Below are positions 1 to 8,221 of a stretch of DNA of 33,936 nucleotides, in pieces; position 1 is the stretch's first letter; each line of letters begins with the position of its first letter. The position numbers were made by a program, and so were the translations under genes. The stretch comes from a virus. The notes under the pieces were generated by a model that saw nothing but the letters and a program-made list of their open reading frames with translations, was not told where the DNA came from and did not search any database. The stretch lies in UHGV virus genome UHGV-0334900. The stretch is one strand, 5' to 3'.

Positions 1-293
1 AAACGAGGCGGTAGGCATCACGCAGGGCTTTCTTCCATGGTTCCCCGGTTACTTCGTCAAGGCAATCAATAGCTCGGCGGGGAAAACCGCGGTCAATCAG
101 GCCAAGGCGTTCGTATGCCGCTCGGCGTTCTTCTTCCCGCTGCTTTTCAGCAGCCAGCGCTTCCGCTTCCAGCTCTTCAATGCTTCTTCCGTCGTCCTCG
201 GCAAGAAGGGTGATGGATTCCAGGAGGCTTTCAAGATTTACTCCTTTCAGTCCTCCCTGGGGTTTAATGGGTTCGTCAATCTTTCCAGAGGTC
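1..293 (-). CDS. Hypothetical early-region protein, 5'-partial at the window edge (ATG at 293-291)
   Basis: Open minus-strand frame from ATG at 293 to beyond position 1. Translation reads MTSGKIDEPIKPQGGLKGVNLESLLES...EKQREEERRAAYERLGL... It is co-oriented with the early operon and its start overlaps the stop of 276..1043. It is not in the ORF track because it is truncated. Confidence 0.35.
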
Positions 294-1043
294 ATCTCTT
301 CTTGATGGTTTAGTCGTTGATTTTGTCGGGGTTCCCGCGGCATTGGCGGGTTTCAGACCGGGCGCGTCCGCATTGTTCCGGGCCCAGGTGGCAGCGTATT
401 GGCGAGCCATGGGCCGCCAGTCCGCCAGGGGAACGCCGTGCCTGTTCCTCCATCCAACGGCGGCCTGCTCATTGAAAAACCGTTCCGCGCACCGGGTCAG
501 CTCGTCTCCGAGCGGGTGCAGAGCCTGGGCGGCCATAAAGCGGTCAACCTCGGTAACGTCCTTCGGAAATTGGCAAACCTCGCGCCCGGTTGTAGTTGTA
601 GTAGTATTATTATCTTCTCTTCTCTTCTCTGGTAACGGTTTTTGTAACGGTTCAAGCGTTACATTTTCGTTACATGTTTTTGCAACTCGCTCATGATGAG
701 CTTTTCTGCTATTCGCGACACGGCGGTTCGTATTGGCCCTATTCTTGGCGGATTGGCCGTTGTGGCGGTCAAAATTGGGGATTGAAAGGAGGCCCTCGCG
801 TCCATTCAACCAGCCGACTTTGACAAGCCCAGCGGCGAAGCCGGGGCAGAATACGAGACGGTCGAGAAACGAATTTGTAACGGTAATGGCGTTACCAGAA
901 ACGGATTGTTGATCAGCCCAAATCCAAAGGCGAAGCAGCTTGCCGACAACGGCATCCTGATCAATTCCAAGGATGCCGGCCAGCTTCACCACTTCGGGTT
1001 TGTCCGGTGTCGTGTGTTCCACCTTGATCCAGTCTCCGGCCAT
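276..1043 (-). CDS. Phage replication initiation / replisome-organiser protein (Phage_rep_org_N / DnaD-like N-terminal domain)
   Basis: N-terminus MAGDWIKVEHTTPDKPEVVKLAGILGI...GKLLRLWIWADQQSVSGNA matches the conserved W-I-K opening and helix pattern of phage replisome organisers. Central T-rich linker, C-terminal basic region. Position in the early operon beside the methyltransferases. Confidence 0.55.
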   Translation of the reverse strand: MAGDWIKVEHTTPDKPEVVKLAGILGIDQDAVVGKLLRLWIWADQQSVSGNAITVTNSFLDRLVFCPGFAAGLVKVGWLNGREGLLSIPNFDRHNGQSAKNRANTNRRVANSRKAHHERVAKTCNENVTLEPLQKPLPEKRREDNNTTTTTTGREVCQFPKDVTEVDRFMAAQALHPLGDELTRCAERFFNEQAAVGWRNRHGVPLADWRPMARQYAATWARNNADAPGLKPANAAGTPTKSTTKPSRRDDLWKD

Positions 1044-1055
1044 ATCAAAAAAGTG

Positions 1056-1526
1056 TCAGTTGGGGGTTGTAGATTTCATAAAGACCAGGAAGACGGTCTT
1101 CCCGCGGCGGTGTCCGAACAAAGGTTCATGGCTGGCCAGTTTCAGAACTTCCGCGGTTGAAACCTGATCCTCGCACCACTTGAACACCAGAACGCCGCCC
1201 GGTTCCAAAACCCGGAAACACTCCCGGAAACCGGCCTTCAAATCCTCCTGCCAAGTCTCCCTGTCCAGTTTTCCGTATTTCTTGGCCAGCCAGGACGATT
1301 CCCCGGCGTGAATCAGGTGCGGAGGGTCGAACACGACAAGGCGAAACGCCCCGTCACTGAAAGGCATGGCCCGGAAGTCTCCGACGACATCCGGCTTGAT
1401 TTCCAGAGTGCGCCCGTCGCAAAGCGTGTGTGTTTCCTCCCGGCGGTCCATGAACACCACGTCAGGATGGCGGCGGTCAAACCAGAACATGCGGGAGCCG
1501 CAGCAGGCATCAAGCACAGGCTTCAC
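1056..1526 (-). CDS. DNA amino-methyltransferase (N6-adenine or N4-cytosine), small phage-type orphan MTase
   Basis: Motif I-like LDACCGSRMFWF (AdoMet binding). Catalytic motif IV VVFDPPH (a DPPY/DPPH variant). 156 aa. Start overlaps the stop of the upstream C5-MTase by 4 nt (1523-1526). Confidence 0.7.
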   Translation of the reverse strand: MKPVLDACCGSRMFWFDRRHPDVVFMDRREETHTLCDGRTLEIKPDVVGDFRAMPFSDGAFRLVVFDPPHLIHAGESSWLAKKYGKLDRETWQEDLKAGFRECFRVLEPGGVLVFKWCEDQVSTAEVLKLASHEPLFGHRRGKTVFLVFMKSTTPN

Positions 1527-2293
1527 TTGCCCTCCTTTCCTTCTTGGAATCTGCCAAGCAAAACCCGGAATGCAGTTGCCGCCACTGCAGGAACTTGCCC
1601 GTTGCCAAGGGCTTTAAGCTCGTCCACTTCTGGGGCCACCCCATCATCAGGGCGGCGAAAGACGCTGACACACACATCCCCCTGACTCGCTTCCCACCGC
1701 TCCTGACATAGAGATATGCCAAGTAATCTTCCAAATTCCCTTTTGGTTTGCCTTCCTCCGCTCTCTTCCAACACAGTCCATGTTTGGCGATACATGCACG
1801 CATGGTGGGCAAGAATCCATATTCTGGCTCGATGATGGGGTAATCCAACGGCATCAGCTCCCAGCACACACCATTCTGCATCGTACCCGATTTCGGCAAG
1901 ATCACCGAGGACTCTGGCAAGTCCTCGTCCCACAAGCAAAGGTGAGTTTTCCAGGAATGCGAATTCCGGTCGTATTTCATTGATAATTCGGTGCATTTCC
2001 CGCCAGAGGCCGGAGCGGGCGCCGTCAATGCCGGCGCCTTTTCCTGCGGCTGAAATGTCCTGGCACGGGAAGCCTCCAGATACCACGTCAACAAGGCCGC
2101 GCCACGGTCGTCCGTCAAAGGTGCGTACGTCATCCCAAACCGGGAAAGGCGGGAGTAAGCCGTCATTTTGTCGGGCGAGCAGTACGCTTGCGGGATAGGG
2201 TTCGAGCTCGACGGCGCAAACAGTGCGGAATCCGAGCAGCGAGCTGCCAAGTATGCCTCCACCAGCGCCCGCGAAAAGATGTAGCTCATTCAC
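1523..2293 (-). CDS. DNA (cytosine-5)-methyltransferase
   Basis: Motif I LFAGAGGG (FxGxGG). Motif IV GGFPCQDIS (the PCQ catalytic Cys). Motif VI FLENSP (ENV). A GTG start at 2293 overlaps the TGA stop of 2290..2616 (GTGA coupling). The alternative frame 1510..2289 has none of these motifs. Confidence 0.85.
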   Translation of the reverse strand: MNELHLFAGAGGGILGSSLLGFRTVCAVELEPYPASVLLARQNDGLLPPFPVWDDVRTFDGRPWRGLVDVVSGGFPCQDISAAGKGAGIDGARSGLWREMHRIINEIRPEFAFLENSPLLVGRGLARVLGDLAEIGYDAEWCVLGADAVGLPHHRARIWILAHHACMYRQTWTVLEESGGRQTKREFGRLLGISLCQERWEASQGDVCVSVFRRPDDGVAPEVDELKALGNGQVPAVAATAFRVLLGRFQEGKEGK

Positions 2294-2616
2294 TCCCCCT
2301 CCTTTCTCGGCTCCCAGTTGACAGCAAATCCCTCGTTGATGCAGGGGTTACAAACAACCGGCACGGGTTTAATATTTTTGTAAGCGCAGTTGTGGCAATC
2401 GCGATGGATTAAAGGCACCCACGCCCGGCATGCGGCTCGTTTCTTCCATGCGTCCCTAATGGCATCTTCAACGCCGTACATTAGCCGGGGATCTCCGTGG
2501 TAATCACTACATTCTCCCAAGCATTCCGTGAAACGCATGAGGCTTTTTCGTTCTTTCAGGACTCCACGGGCTTCTCCGTACTCGTAGTGGGCTTTTTGCT
2601 CTGGCGTCAGTTTCAT
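2290..2616 (-). CDS. Cysteine-rich hypothetical protein (putative zinc-binding), co-transcribed with the MTases
   Basis: 108 aa with 9 Cys, including CLGEC, CRAW, CHNC and CNPC spacings. Stop and start are translationally coupled to its neighbours on both sides. Confidence 0.45.
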   Translation of the reverse strand: MKLTPEQKAHYEYGEARGVLKERKSLMRFTECLGECSDYHGDPRLMYGVEDAIRDAWKKRAACRAWVPLIHRDCHNCAYKNIKPVPVVCNPCINEGFAVNWEPRKEGE

Positions 2617-3029
2617 GCGAGCCTCCTTTCTAAGATGTCTGCTTGCTCGTCAGTAAGGTACTGCCAAGACTGCGGCGGGCGGGTCATGCCGATGTCAGAG
2701 AGCGGCACTGTGGAAATCCTCACGGGGTCTTGGATGCCCCAGACATAGCAAGGCAGGTAATTCCGCAGGTGCTCTTCCGTCACGCAAGCTTGCTTCATGG
2801 TCCATTCTAAAATTCCCTTTGGTGGATATGGTCGAAGTCCAGCAGTGACAACTAAACGGCACTTGCCGATGATGCCCCGTGTCCCGTACTGGCCGGATTC
2901 ATAGAGCCACAGTGTGACGGAGTCGCCTTTGTTGAGGCGTGGCGCATTTTTACGCAGTTCCCACCCCTTTTCGCCGGACAAAATTTTCTCGGAGAAAGGC
3001 CGCCTGACGGATAAGAGGATGTTAATCAT
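2613..3029 (-). CDS. ASCH-domain (PUA-like) protein
   Basis: N-terminal FSEKILSGEKGWELRKN resembles the ASCH core (ILsGeKtvElR). 138 aa. Sits between RusA and the MTase block. Confidence 0.5.
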   Translation of the reverse strand: MINILLSVRRPFSEKILSGEKGWELRKNAPRLNKGDSVTLWLYESGQYGTRGIIGKCRLVVTAGLRPYPPKGILEWTMKQACVTEEHLRNYLPCYVWGIQDPVRISTVPLSDIGMTRPPQSWQYLTDEQADILERRLA

Positions 3030-3414
3030 TGATCCCTCCTTTCAAACACGATTTCCACCTTGCCGGCGTGGGCCAGGTCATGCACGCGGTCAATCCCGGC
3101 GCAATCCAGCGTCCGGTCGTCAATGCCCAGGGCTTTGCAAGCCCGTCCAGATACGCCTTGCAGCGCGCCAGGCAATTATCCGCGTCCGGCTTCGGTCCCT
3201 TGAAAAACCAGACCACCCGGTAATGCGTCGGTTGCATCCTCCGGCCATTCAGGGCTTCACAAGTCCTGCCCCAGGCTATATTCCGGGCGCGGCTCTTGGC
3301 AGCCGTCTTTTTGTACCCGGCTACAACGGCCCCCCTCTGTGTGAGGGGAGTCTTGGCGTTGGGCGAAAGTTCCCGCGGCGTGTGGGGCAAGGTAATGGTT
3401 AGCGTGGTCATCAT
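3022..3414 (-). CDS. rusA: RusA-family Holliday-junction resolvase
   Basis: LTITLPHTPRELSPNAKT matches the RusA N-terminal ITLPwPPs-NryW block. PDADNCLARCKAYLDGLA matches the RusA catalytic Asp region (DLDNLxKaxxDAL). 130 aa. Confidence 0.75.
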   Translation of the reverse strand: MMTTLTITLPHTPRELSPNAKTPLTQRGAVVAGYKKTAAKSRARNIAWGRTCEALNGRRMQPTHYRVVWFFKGPKPDADNCLARCKAYLDGLAKPWALTTGRWIAPGLTACMTWPTPARWKSCLKGGIND

Positions 3415-4628
3415 GCCTCACCTCCTTCCACTTCCTTCACGGATCCCTTCGTGGTTTTCGATTCGCCATACTCCGCCAGCAACTGCCGCAGCCATTCGCG
3501 GCTGGCCTTCGTGGTCGCCTTCGGATCCGCCGCTTTACGGGCCGCGTGAACCAGTCTGTCCAATTCCGTGATGCCGACCTTGCAGCACCCGGCAAACGCT
3601 TCCGCCGTCACCTCGTCCGGGAACTCGGCATTCAGCGCGGAAAACGCCCCGGAAGGATCCGTCACCGTGAAACTGGTGCGTCCGGGCGCCATCTCAAAAC
3701 CGGGAATCAGGCCGGCGGCCACATCCTGTTCAAACCGGTAATCCACAGCAGCCGCCCATTTCTTTGCCGTCTTCGCCAGGTGGTAAGCCTGAACCTTCTC
3801 GGCAGGGGAAAACAGCTCCCACTTATCCCGGTCCGTAGCAATCAGGGAGGCCTGCTCCACCATGGCCGCGGCCTCGTGGCACACCGCCTTGGCCCGGCAA
3901 TACCGGCAGGCGGCCTCGCTGCAATAGCGCGGGGCATCCGGGTCCACGGCAGCCCTGGCGACGGCAAGAGAATCCTGTTCGGCCTGGCTAATTGCCTCGT
4001 CATCGTAAAACGTAACAGATGCCGGACCAGCCACCCGCGGCTGGATGATAGCCGCGTAAATGCCGTTGTAAATAATCCCCTCTTCATTGGCTTTTTGGGC
4101 CGCCAGCGGAACCAGGGCTTCAAGCTGACGGTTGGCCTCGGCTGAATCCACATCCACGCGGCCAAACTTCCAATCCAGTACCAGAAGATCCGACCCAACT
4201 CTGAACAGTGCGTCCCACTGTCCGGAATACTCGCCCCCTTCAATCCAGTCGGACAAGAAACGGCGTTCTTCGGTGGATACAAGAGAAAAAAAAGCATCGG
4301 GATAATCCAGGATCTTCTCTTTCACACCATTCAGCAGACGCAGAGCACGTCCACAAAGCTCCACCTGCTCATGATTCAGCTCGGCAGACTCATACTCCCG
4401 GCTATTCAGAAAATCATGCCAGGAAAACCCCATTCCTTCTTCGGCTGCATCATCCTTCAAAAGAAGATACTCCATATAGCGGTGCAACAGCGTGCCTTCT
4501 GCGGCAGCCTCGGAACTCTCATCGGGACAGGACTTCTCCATCGTAAACGAGCCGGGGCATAAAGCCAGCCGTCCAAATGCGGACGCAGAGGGCAGCCCTT
4601 TACGTACATCTTCAACAGTATCGGTCAT
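3411..4628 (-). CDS. PD-(D/E)XK / Cas4-like recombination exonuclease (DUF2800-like)
   Basis: D-x(n)-LVLDWKFG nuclease core (the D...E/D-x-K motif). Cys cluster C24 plus CSEAACRYCRAKAVC typical of Cas4/RecB-family Fe-S nucleases. Lies immediately downstream of RecT, the classic exo+annealase pair. Confidence 0.65.
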   Translation of the reverse strand: MTDTVEDVRKGLPSASAFGRLALCPGSFTMEKSCPDESSEAAAEGTLLHRYMEYLLLKDDAAEEGMGFSWHDFLNSREYESAELNHEQVELCGRALRLLNGVKEKILDYPDAFFSLVSTEERRFLSDWIEGGEYSGQWDALFRVGSDLLVLDWKFGRVDVDSAEANRQLEALVPLAAQKANEEGIIYNGIYAAIIQPRVAGPASVTFYDDEAISQAEQDSLAVARAAVDPDAPRYCSEAACRYCRAKAVCHEAAAMVEQASLIATDRDKWELFSPAEKVQAYHLAKTAKKWAAAVDYRFEQDVAAGLIPGFEMAPGRTSFTVTDPSGAFSALNAEFPDEVTAEAFAGCCKVGITELDRLVHAARKAADPKATTKASREWLRQLLAEYGESKTTKGSVKEVEGGEA

Positions 4629-4643
4629 GTTGTCGTCTCCTTC

Positions 4644-5609
4644 CTATCCGATAAAGGGTTGCAGCTTGTCAGGATTGGCCGCCAGCTTTTCCATCTGGGC
4701 GGCATTCATCTCATGCCAGCTCTTCACCTTGTTGCCGCTGGCCTTCGCAATGGCTGCGTTCAGTTGCTCTTCCGTACAGGAAAGAGCCTCCATCAGCCGG
4801 ATGTGGGGCGGCGGAACTTCTACGTCGCCTTTGCCGGGAACCTCCGCGTCTCCCAGCTGCCGCGGGGAGTCAGCAACCTTCTCGGCATCCACAACGTCGC
4901 CCCCGGAAATCTCCCTGGACTTGAACAGGGGCGGCTTAATATCCGGCTGGCTCTTGCCGGCAATATCTTCCGCCTCTCCCTCCACGCTCAACCCGTTCAG
5001 GACTTCCGGGCACTCCGTCCGGGCGAAAAACGCCGCAGCCCTGTACCTGTACATCAGTTCCGGCATGGTGGCCCACTTGCTACCGTTCTTTTCCAGCCAT
5101 TTTTCTTTCTTCGCCATTTCTTCCGTCACCCATACGCCGCGGCACTCTTCGCCGGTTTCCTTCTTCGTGGCCACCAGGCGCATTTCGACCAGCCTTTCAC
5201 CAGCGCGGCGTTCCTCGAACTTGATGCCGGTAAACTTTCCGCAGGTCTGGATAAGAGCAATGGCGAACTTGCCCGACCAGGAAGGAGTCCCATGGACCAC
5301 GTAAAGGTTCTGCATCACCATCAGCGGATCCATCCTCAGCCGTAAAGCGGTATTGATAGCGATAAAGCAGGAACCGGGGTTGTTTTGGTAGGCAGCCGGA
5401 ACCATGCTGGAGGAGGCAAGCATTTCGGCGGCCTGCGTCGCCATCTGGAACTGTTCACTGTTAGCAAACGCTCCCAGAACGGACAGTTGCTGTCCTTGCT
5501 CTTGTAAAGTCAGGGATTCTGTTGTAGGGGTATTCATGTTATTGGTATTCACATTCATGTTATTGATAACAGGCCGGGAGTCAGGGCCAACTGACCCCGG
5601 CCAACTCAT
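4644..5609 (-). CDS. recT: RecT/Red-beta family single-strand annealing protein
   Basis: Core MVMQNLYVVHGTPSWSGKFAIALIQ plus a basic/acidic C-terminal tail. Low-complexity N-terminus (NNMNVNTNNMN). Paired with the downstream nuclease. Confidence 0.7.
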   Translation of the reverse strand: MSWPGSVGPDSRPVINNMNVNTNNMNTPTTESLTLQEQGQQLSVLGAFANSEQFQMATQAAEMLASSSMVPAAYQNNPGSCFIAINTALRLRMDPLMVMQNLYVVHGTPSWSGKFAIALIQTCGKFTGIKFEERRAGERLVEMRLVATKKETGEECRGVWVTEEMAKKEKWLEKNGSKWATMPELMYRYRAAAFFARTECPEVLNGLSVEGEAEDIAGKSQPDIKPPLFKSREISGGDVVDAEKVADSPRQLGDAEVPGKGDVEVPPPHIRLMEALSCTEEQLNAAIAKASGNKVKSWHEMNAAQMEKLAANPDKLQPFIG

Positions 5610-5666
5610 TGTTTCCTCATACCGTGAGGGCGGGACGGTTTTTCCAAGCCGTCAAAAGCTTTTCAG

Positions 5667-6047
5667 TTAAAAAAGGTTTTTGAGCAGGAGGAAAATTAAG
5701 AAGAGGAATGTTCCTCCGGCAGTAACCAGTCCACACCAGAAAATCAGGTAAGCGAGGATTTTGGTAATCCGGGGCCCTGATTGGGCGGCTTGGGTGTAGT
5801 TCCAGCAGCGCTCCGCTTCGTCCGGGATGCCGTTGAGGCGTTCCCTGGCGCATAACGGGCACAGAAAGCGCGCGGTGAATACGCCGTCCTGATGGTCTCC
5901 TACCAGGGACATCCATGATGTCGAGGCTTTCAGCGGCGCCGCGCACATGTAGCAGCGCGTCGTCTTTGCGGGGTGCGGGTTGTTGGTGATCGTTTCCACC
6001 ATCCCCTTGAAGGGGCCCCGGTCAATGATGTGTTGATGTGTGGTCAT
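5667..6047 (-). CDS. Hypothetical zinc-ribbon protein with C-terminal transmembrane anchor
   Basis: CYMC...CPLC pairs (a 4-Cys ribbon). Very hydrophobic C-terminus ILAYLIFWCGLVTAGGTFLFLIFLLL. Confidence 0.4.
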   Translation of the reverse strand: MTTHQHIIDRGPFKGMVETITNNPHPAKTTRCYMCAAPLKASTSWMSLVGDHQDGVFTARFLCPLCARERLNGIPDEAERCWNYTQAAQSGPRITKILAYLIFWCGLVTAGGTFLFLIFLLLKNLF

Positions 6048-6355
6048 TTTCTTTTGTTAGTTAAGTATTTTTCCACGTCTTCCATGTTATAAAGGGTTCC
6101 TTTTCCGACTCCTTCCAGCCTTCTTACATTCTTCCCCGCCCGTGCCAGGATGTTATCCATCTGCCGGGAGGAAATGTCATAATAATTGGCTAATGTAGAG
6201 CTTTTAGCGTATTTCTTTTCGATTGCTCCGAAAATGGAAACGGAAGACGATTCAGGCGTAGAAGGAACAGGCGTTGTTGCCAGCTCCCGCAATACTCCGG
6301 CCAGCGTTTCCAGCGCGGTCGCAAGGGTGGTCATGGTTGTGTCGTTTTCGCTCAT
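6044..6355 (-). CDS. Excisionase/AlpA-family HTH DNA-binding protein (early regulator or Xis-like)
   Basis: C-terminal STLANYYDISSRQMDNILARAGKNVRRLEGVGKGTLYNMEDVEKYL matches the winged-helix Xis/AlpA pattern (Y..vS..ti.r...g..p..r.G....y...dv..wl). Confidence 0.5.
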   Translation of the reverse strand: MSENDTTMTTLATALETLAGVLRELATTPVPSTPESSSVSIFGAIEKKYAKSSTLANYYDISSRQMDNILARAGKNVRRLEGVGKGTLYNMEDVEKYLTNKRK

Positions 6356-6486
6356 GTTCGTTCTTCTGAATTGGCCGCCCGGACGGGGTTCCCCGCGCCT
6401 GCCAGACCGTATTACTCTATATACCTATTGATGTTTTGGTTTTGGTTTTAGGCCCCACCTGGGCCGGGCGATTGGTTAAAAGTCAG

Positions 6487-6654
6487 TTAGTCGTCGTAGT
6501 GTCCGTCCGGGTTGTAGCATTGGGGAGCGTGGTCAAAATCCCACTCATCGATTGCCTGCTCTATCTGCTCCAGGAGTCCAACCGCGACACCGTAGGAAAT
6601 AGGTTCGCCGTCCACCCGAATGCACCGGTCTTCGTCGTCGTATTCAATGGTCAT
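6487..6654 (-). CDS. Small acidic hypothetical protein (55 aa), not in the ORF track
   Basis: ATG at 6654-6652 to TAA at 6489-6487. Translation is MTIEYDDEDRCIRVDGEPISYGVAVGLLEQIEQAIDEWDFDHAPQCYNPDGHYDD. Start overlaps the stop of 6644..7000 by 11 nt. Lies in the AT-rich cassette. Confidence 0.25.
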   Translation of the reverse strand: MTIEYDDEDRCIRVDGEPISYGVAVGLLEQIEQAIDEWDFDHAPQCYNPDGHYDD

Positions 6655-7000
6655 TGTTTTCGGAGGGTTGAGATTTATTCACCAAGTCGAAAAACTCGTC
6701 TATTGGCACGGAGGGTAATAATGCGCCAGGCTTGGGTTCAAGGCTCAACCCAAGCAGACGCCGGGCTATGTAAATATGCCCTGCGTATTTCGCTCGGAGA
6801 ATTTTATCTTCGGAGTCGCCAGAGATGTAATAAGGAGAGGTGTCCTCGTGAGTTTCGACTTTAAGAATTTTATCCAGCTCAATGAGCAGATCGACGATGC
6901 TTTTACCCTTTTCCATGATTAGTTCAATTTCTGTTGATTGTTTTTCTGCGAGATCCAATAAACCGTTTTTAATTATTACTTCCGGGTATTTCTTATTCAT
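6644..7000 (-). CDS. Hypothetical protein in a low-GC moron-like cassette
   Basis: 118-aa ORF with AT-rich codon usage, unlike the flanking genes (about 58% GC). No recognisable motif. Confidence 0.45.
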   Translation of the reverse strand: MNKKYPEVIIKNGLLDLAEKQSTEIELIMEKGKSIVDLLIELDKILKVETHEDTSPYYISGDSEDKILRAKYAGHIYIARRLLGLSLEPKPGALLPSVPIDEFFDLVNKSQPSENNDH

Positions 7001-7086
7001 AATTGTTTAACGTCCATCTAAATTTGATATGATAAGCATCAAAAAAACGATAATGCCGCCCAGAAGAATTAGAAGCACGTCACCAT

Positions 7087-7419
7087 TCATAACTCGTTAT
7101 TATTTTTAACCTTCGTCCTAGTGATTCTCGTCGTTCCTGACACGATGATTTGTCCTCCATCCGGTTTATAAATCACATACCCATATATTGGAATATCTCC
7201 CCTAGATCCCATCCTGAACGCCTCAACACAGTTTGCATATCCCGTTGCAAAAACAACATCGGGAATGCCGTTCTGTTCAATTTTAATTTCCCATGTTGGT
7301 GTCTCTTTTTTAGGGGCTTTTTTCTGATTATCGGCTTGTTTAACAGGTTGAGGCTCGGAACCCTGATCGCAACCTGAAAGAACAAGCCCGGACAAGACGA
7401 GGGCGAACAGAGCTTTCAC
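7087..7419 (-). CDS. Small secreted lipoprotein, candidate superinfection-exclusion protein. The track ORF 7087..7473 is probably over-extended
   Basis: Lipobox LVLSG-C preceded by hydrophobic VKALFALVLSGLV. In-frame GTG at 7419 is preceded 6 nt upstream by GAAGGAGGT, the only strong Shine-Dalgarno seen in the window. The mature part is rich in basic residues and Pro. Confidence 0.55.
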   Translation of the reverse strand: MKALFALVLSGLVLSGCDQGSEPQPVKQADNQKKAPKKETPTWEIKIEQNGIPDVVFATGYANCVEAFRMGSRGDIPIYGYVIYKPDGGQIIVSGTTRITRTKVKNNNEL

Positions 7420-8216
7420 TTCTTCACCTCCTTCTGTTCGGTTTTCTTCCCAGTCATCCGCTTCAACAGCCAAACTTGACCCTTGGGCGTCAGATACGGA
7501 GTTGCTTTACTTTCCGCTCTTCCGCTCGCGTGTTGGATAATCCGGTAGCTGACACGGAAACGACCGGCTTCCACATGTTCCTGTGACGGGACGTTGCGGC
7601 GATTGCCAACCTTCCCGAGAATGCCTTCATTGCGAAGCAGCTCAAAAAGACGGTTCTGTCCGATTTCCCTTCCATTCTGCGCAAGGACCTTGGCAAATTC
7701 TCCTATCAGCATGCAGCCTTCGGAAACTTCCACGCTCTTTCCGAATTCCGTGTAGGGCGCGTCCTCTTCTATCTTCGCTTCAAGAGACTTCCTCTTGTCC
7801 TGTTCATCTTTGAGAGCTTGGAAGACTTTAAGTGCGTTCTCCGGCTTGGAAATCAGTTCAAGAAGTTTCTCGCCTGTGGCGTAGATGCCGTGTTTGCGTA
7901 TCGTCGGGAGGACTTCTTCAGTTACCCACTTCTTGAACTTCTTCGCCTCCGGCTTGCGGGAGCGGAGAATCAGAGAGTAGAGACCGGATTCGTTGATGAT
8001 GAGAGGTGCGCGACCTCCGTTTTGAGCAACCCCTATACTATAGGGGTTCACTTTATCAATCTCATCATCTTCCAGAATCGCACGCAGGTTATCGGTTCGA
8101 AGATCCAGCGCGTCACAAACATCCTTGGCGACAAACCAGGGTTCGTTGTTGATGATGACTGTCCGGACAGAACAGCCAAGCGCGGCATTGTTGAATGGTA
8201 CTATGTTGTTGTTCAT
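7416..8216 (-). CDS. Phage antirepressor (Bro-N domain plus KilAC/ORF6C-like C-terminal domain)
   Basis: N-terminal FNNAALGCSVRTVIINNEPWFVAKDVCDALDL matches Bro-N (F.f....vR.....gepWFvakDva..Lg). The C-terminal region is KilA-C-like. Second gene of the leftward early operon, facing the repressor. Confidence 0.75.
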   Translation of the reverse strand: MNNNIVPFNNAALGCSVRTVIINNEPWFVAKDVCDALDLRTDNLRAILEDDEIDKVNPYSIGVAQNGGRAPLIINESGLYSLILRSRKPEAKKFKKWVTEEVLPTIRKHGIYATGEKLLELISKPENALKVFQALKDEQDKRKSLEAKIEEDAPYTEFGKSVEVSEGCMLIGEFAKVLAQNGREIGQNRLFELLRNEGILGKVGNRRNVPSQEHVEAGRFRVSYRIIQHASGRAESKATPYLTPKGQVWLLKRMTGKKTEQKEVKK

Positions 8217-8221
8217 GTTGT

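Noticed and set aside
343-696. Plus-strand ORFs 343..696 and 399..635, antisense to the replication-organiser gene
   Set aside because: They lie entirely within a well-supported minus-strand CDS and have no motifs or start context. High-GC antisense frames are often open by chance.
1510-2289. Alternative 259-aa minus-strand frame overlapping the C5-methyltransferase
   Set aside because: The other frame (1523..2293) carries the FxGxGG, PCQ and ENV C5-MTase motifs. This frame has none.
4659-5345. Plus-strand ORFs 4492..5304 and 4659..5345, antisense to recT
   Set aside because: Antisense to a motif-supported CDS. Ser/Ala/Pro/Gly-rich low-complexity translations typical of spurious GC-rich frames.
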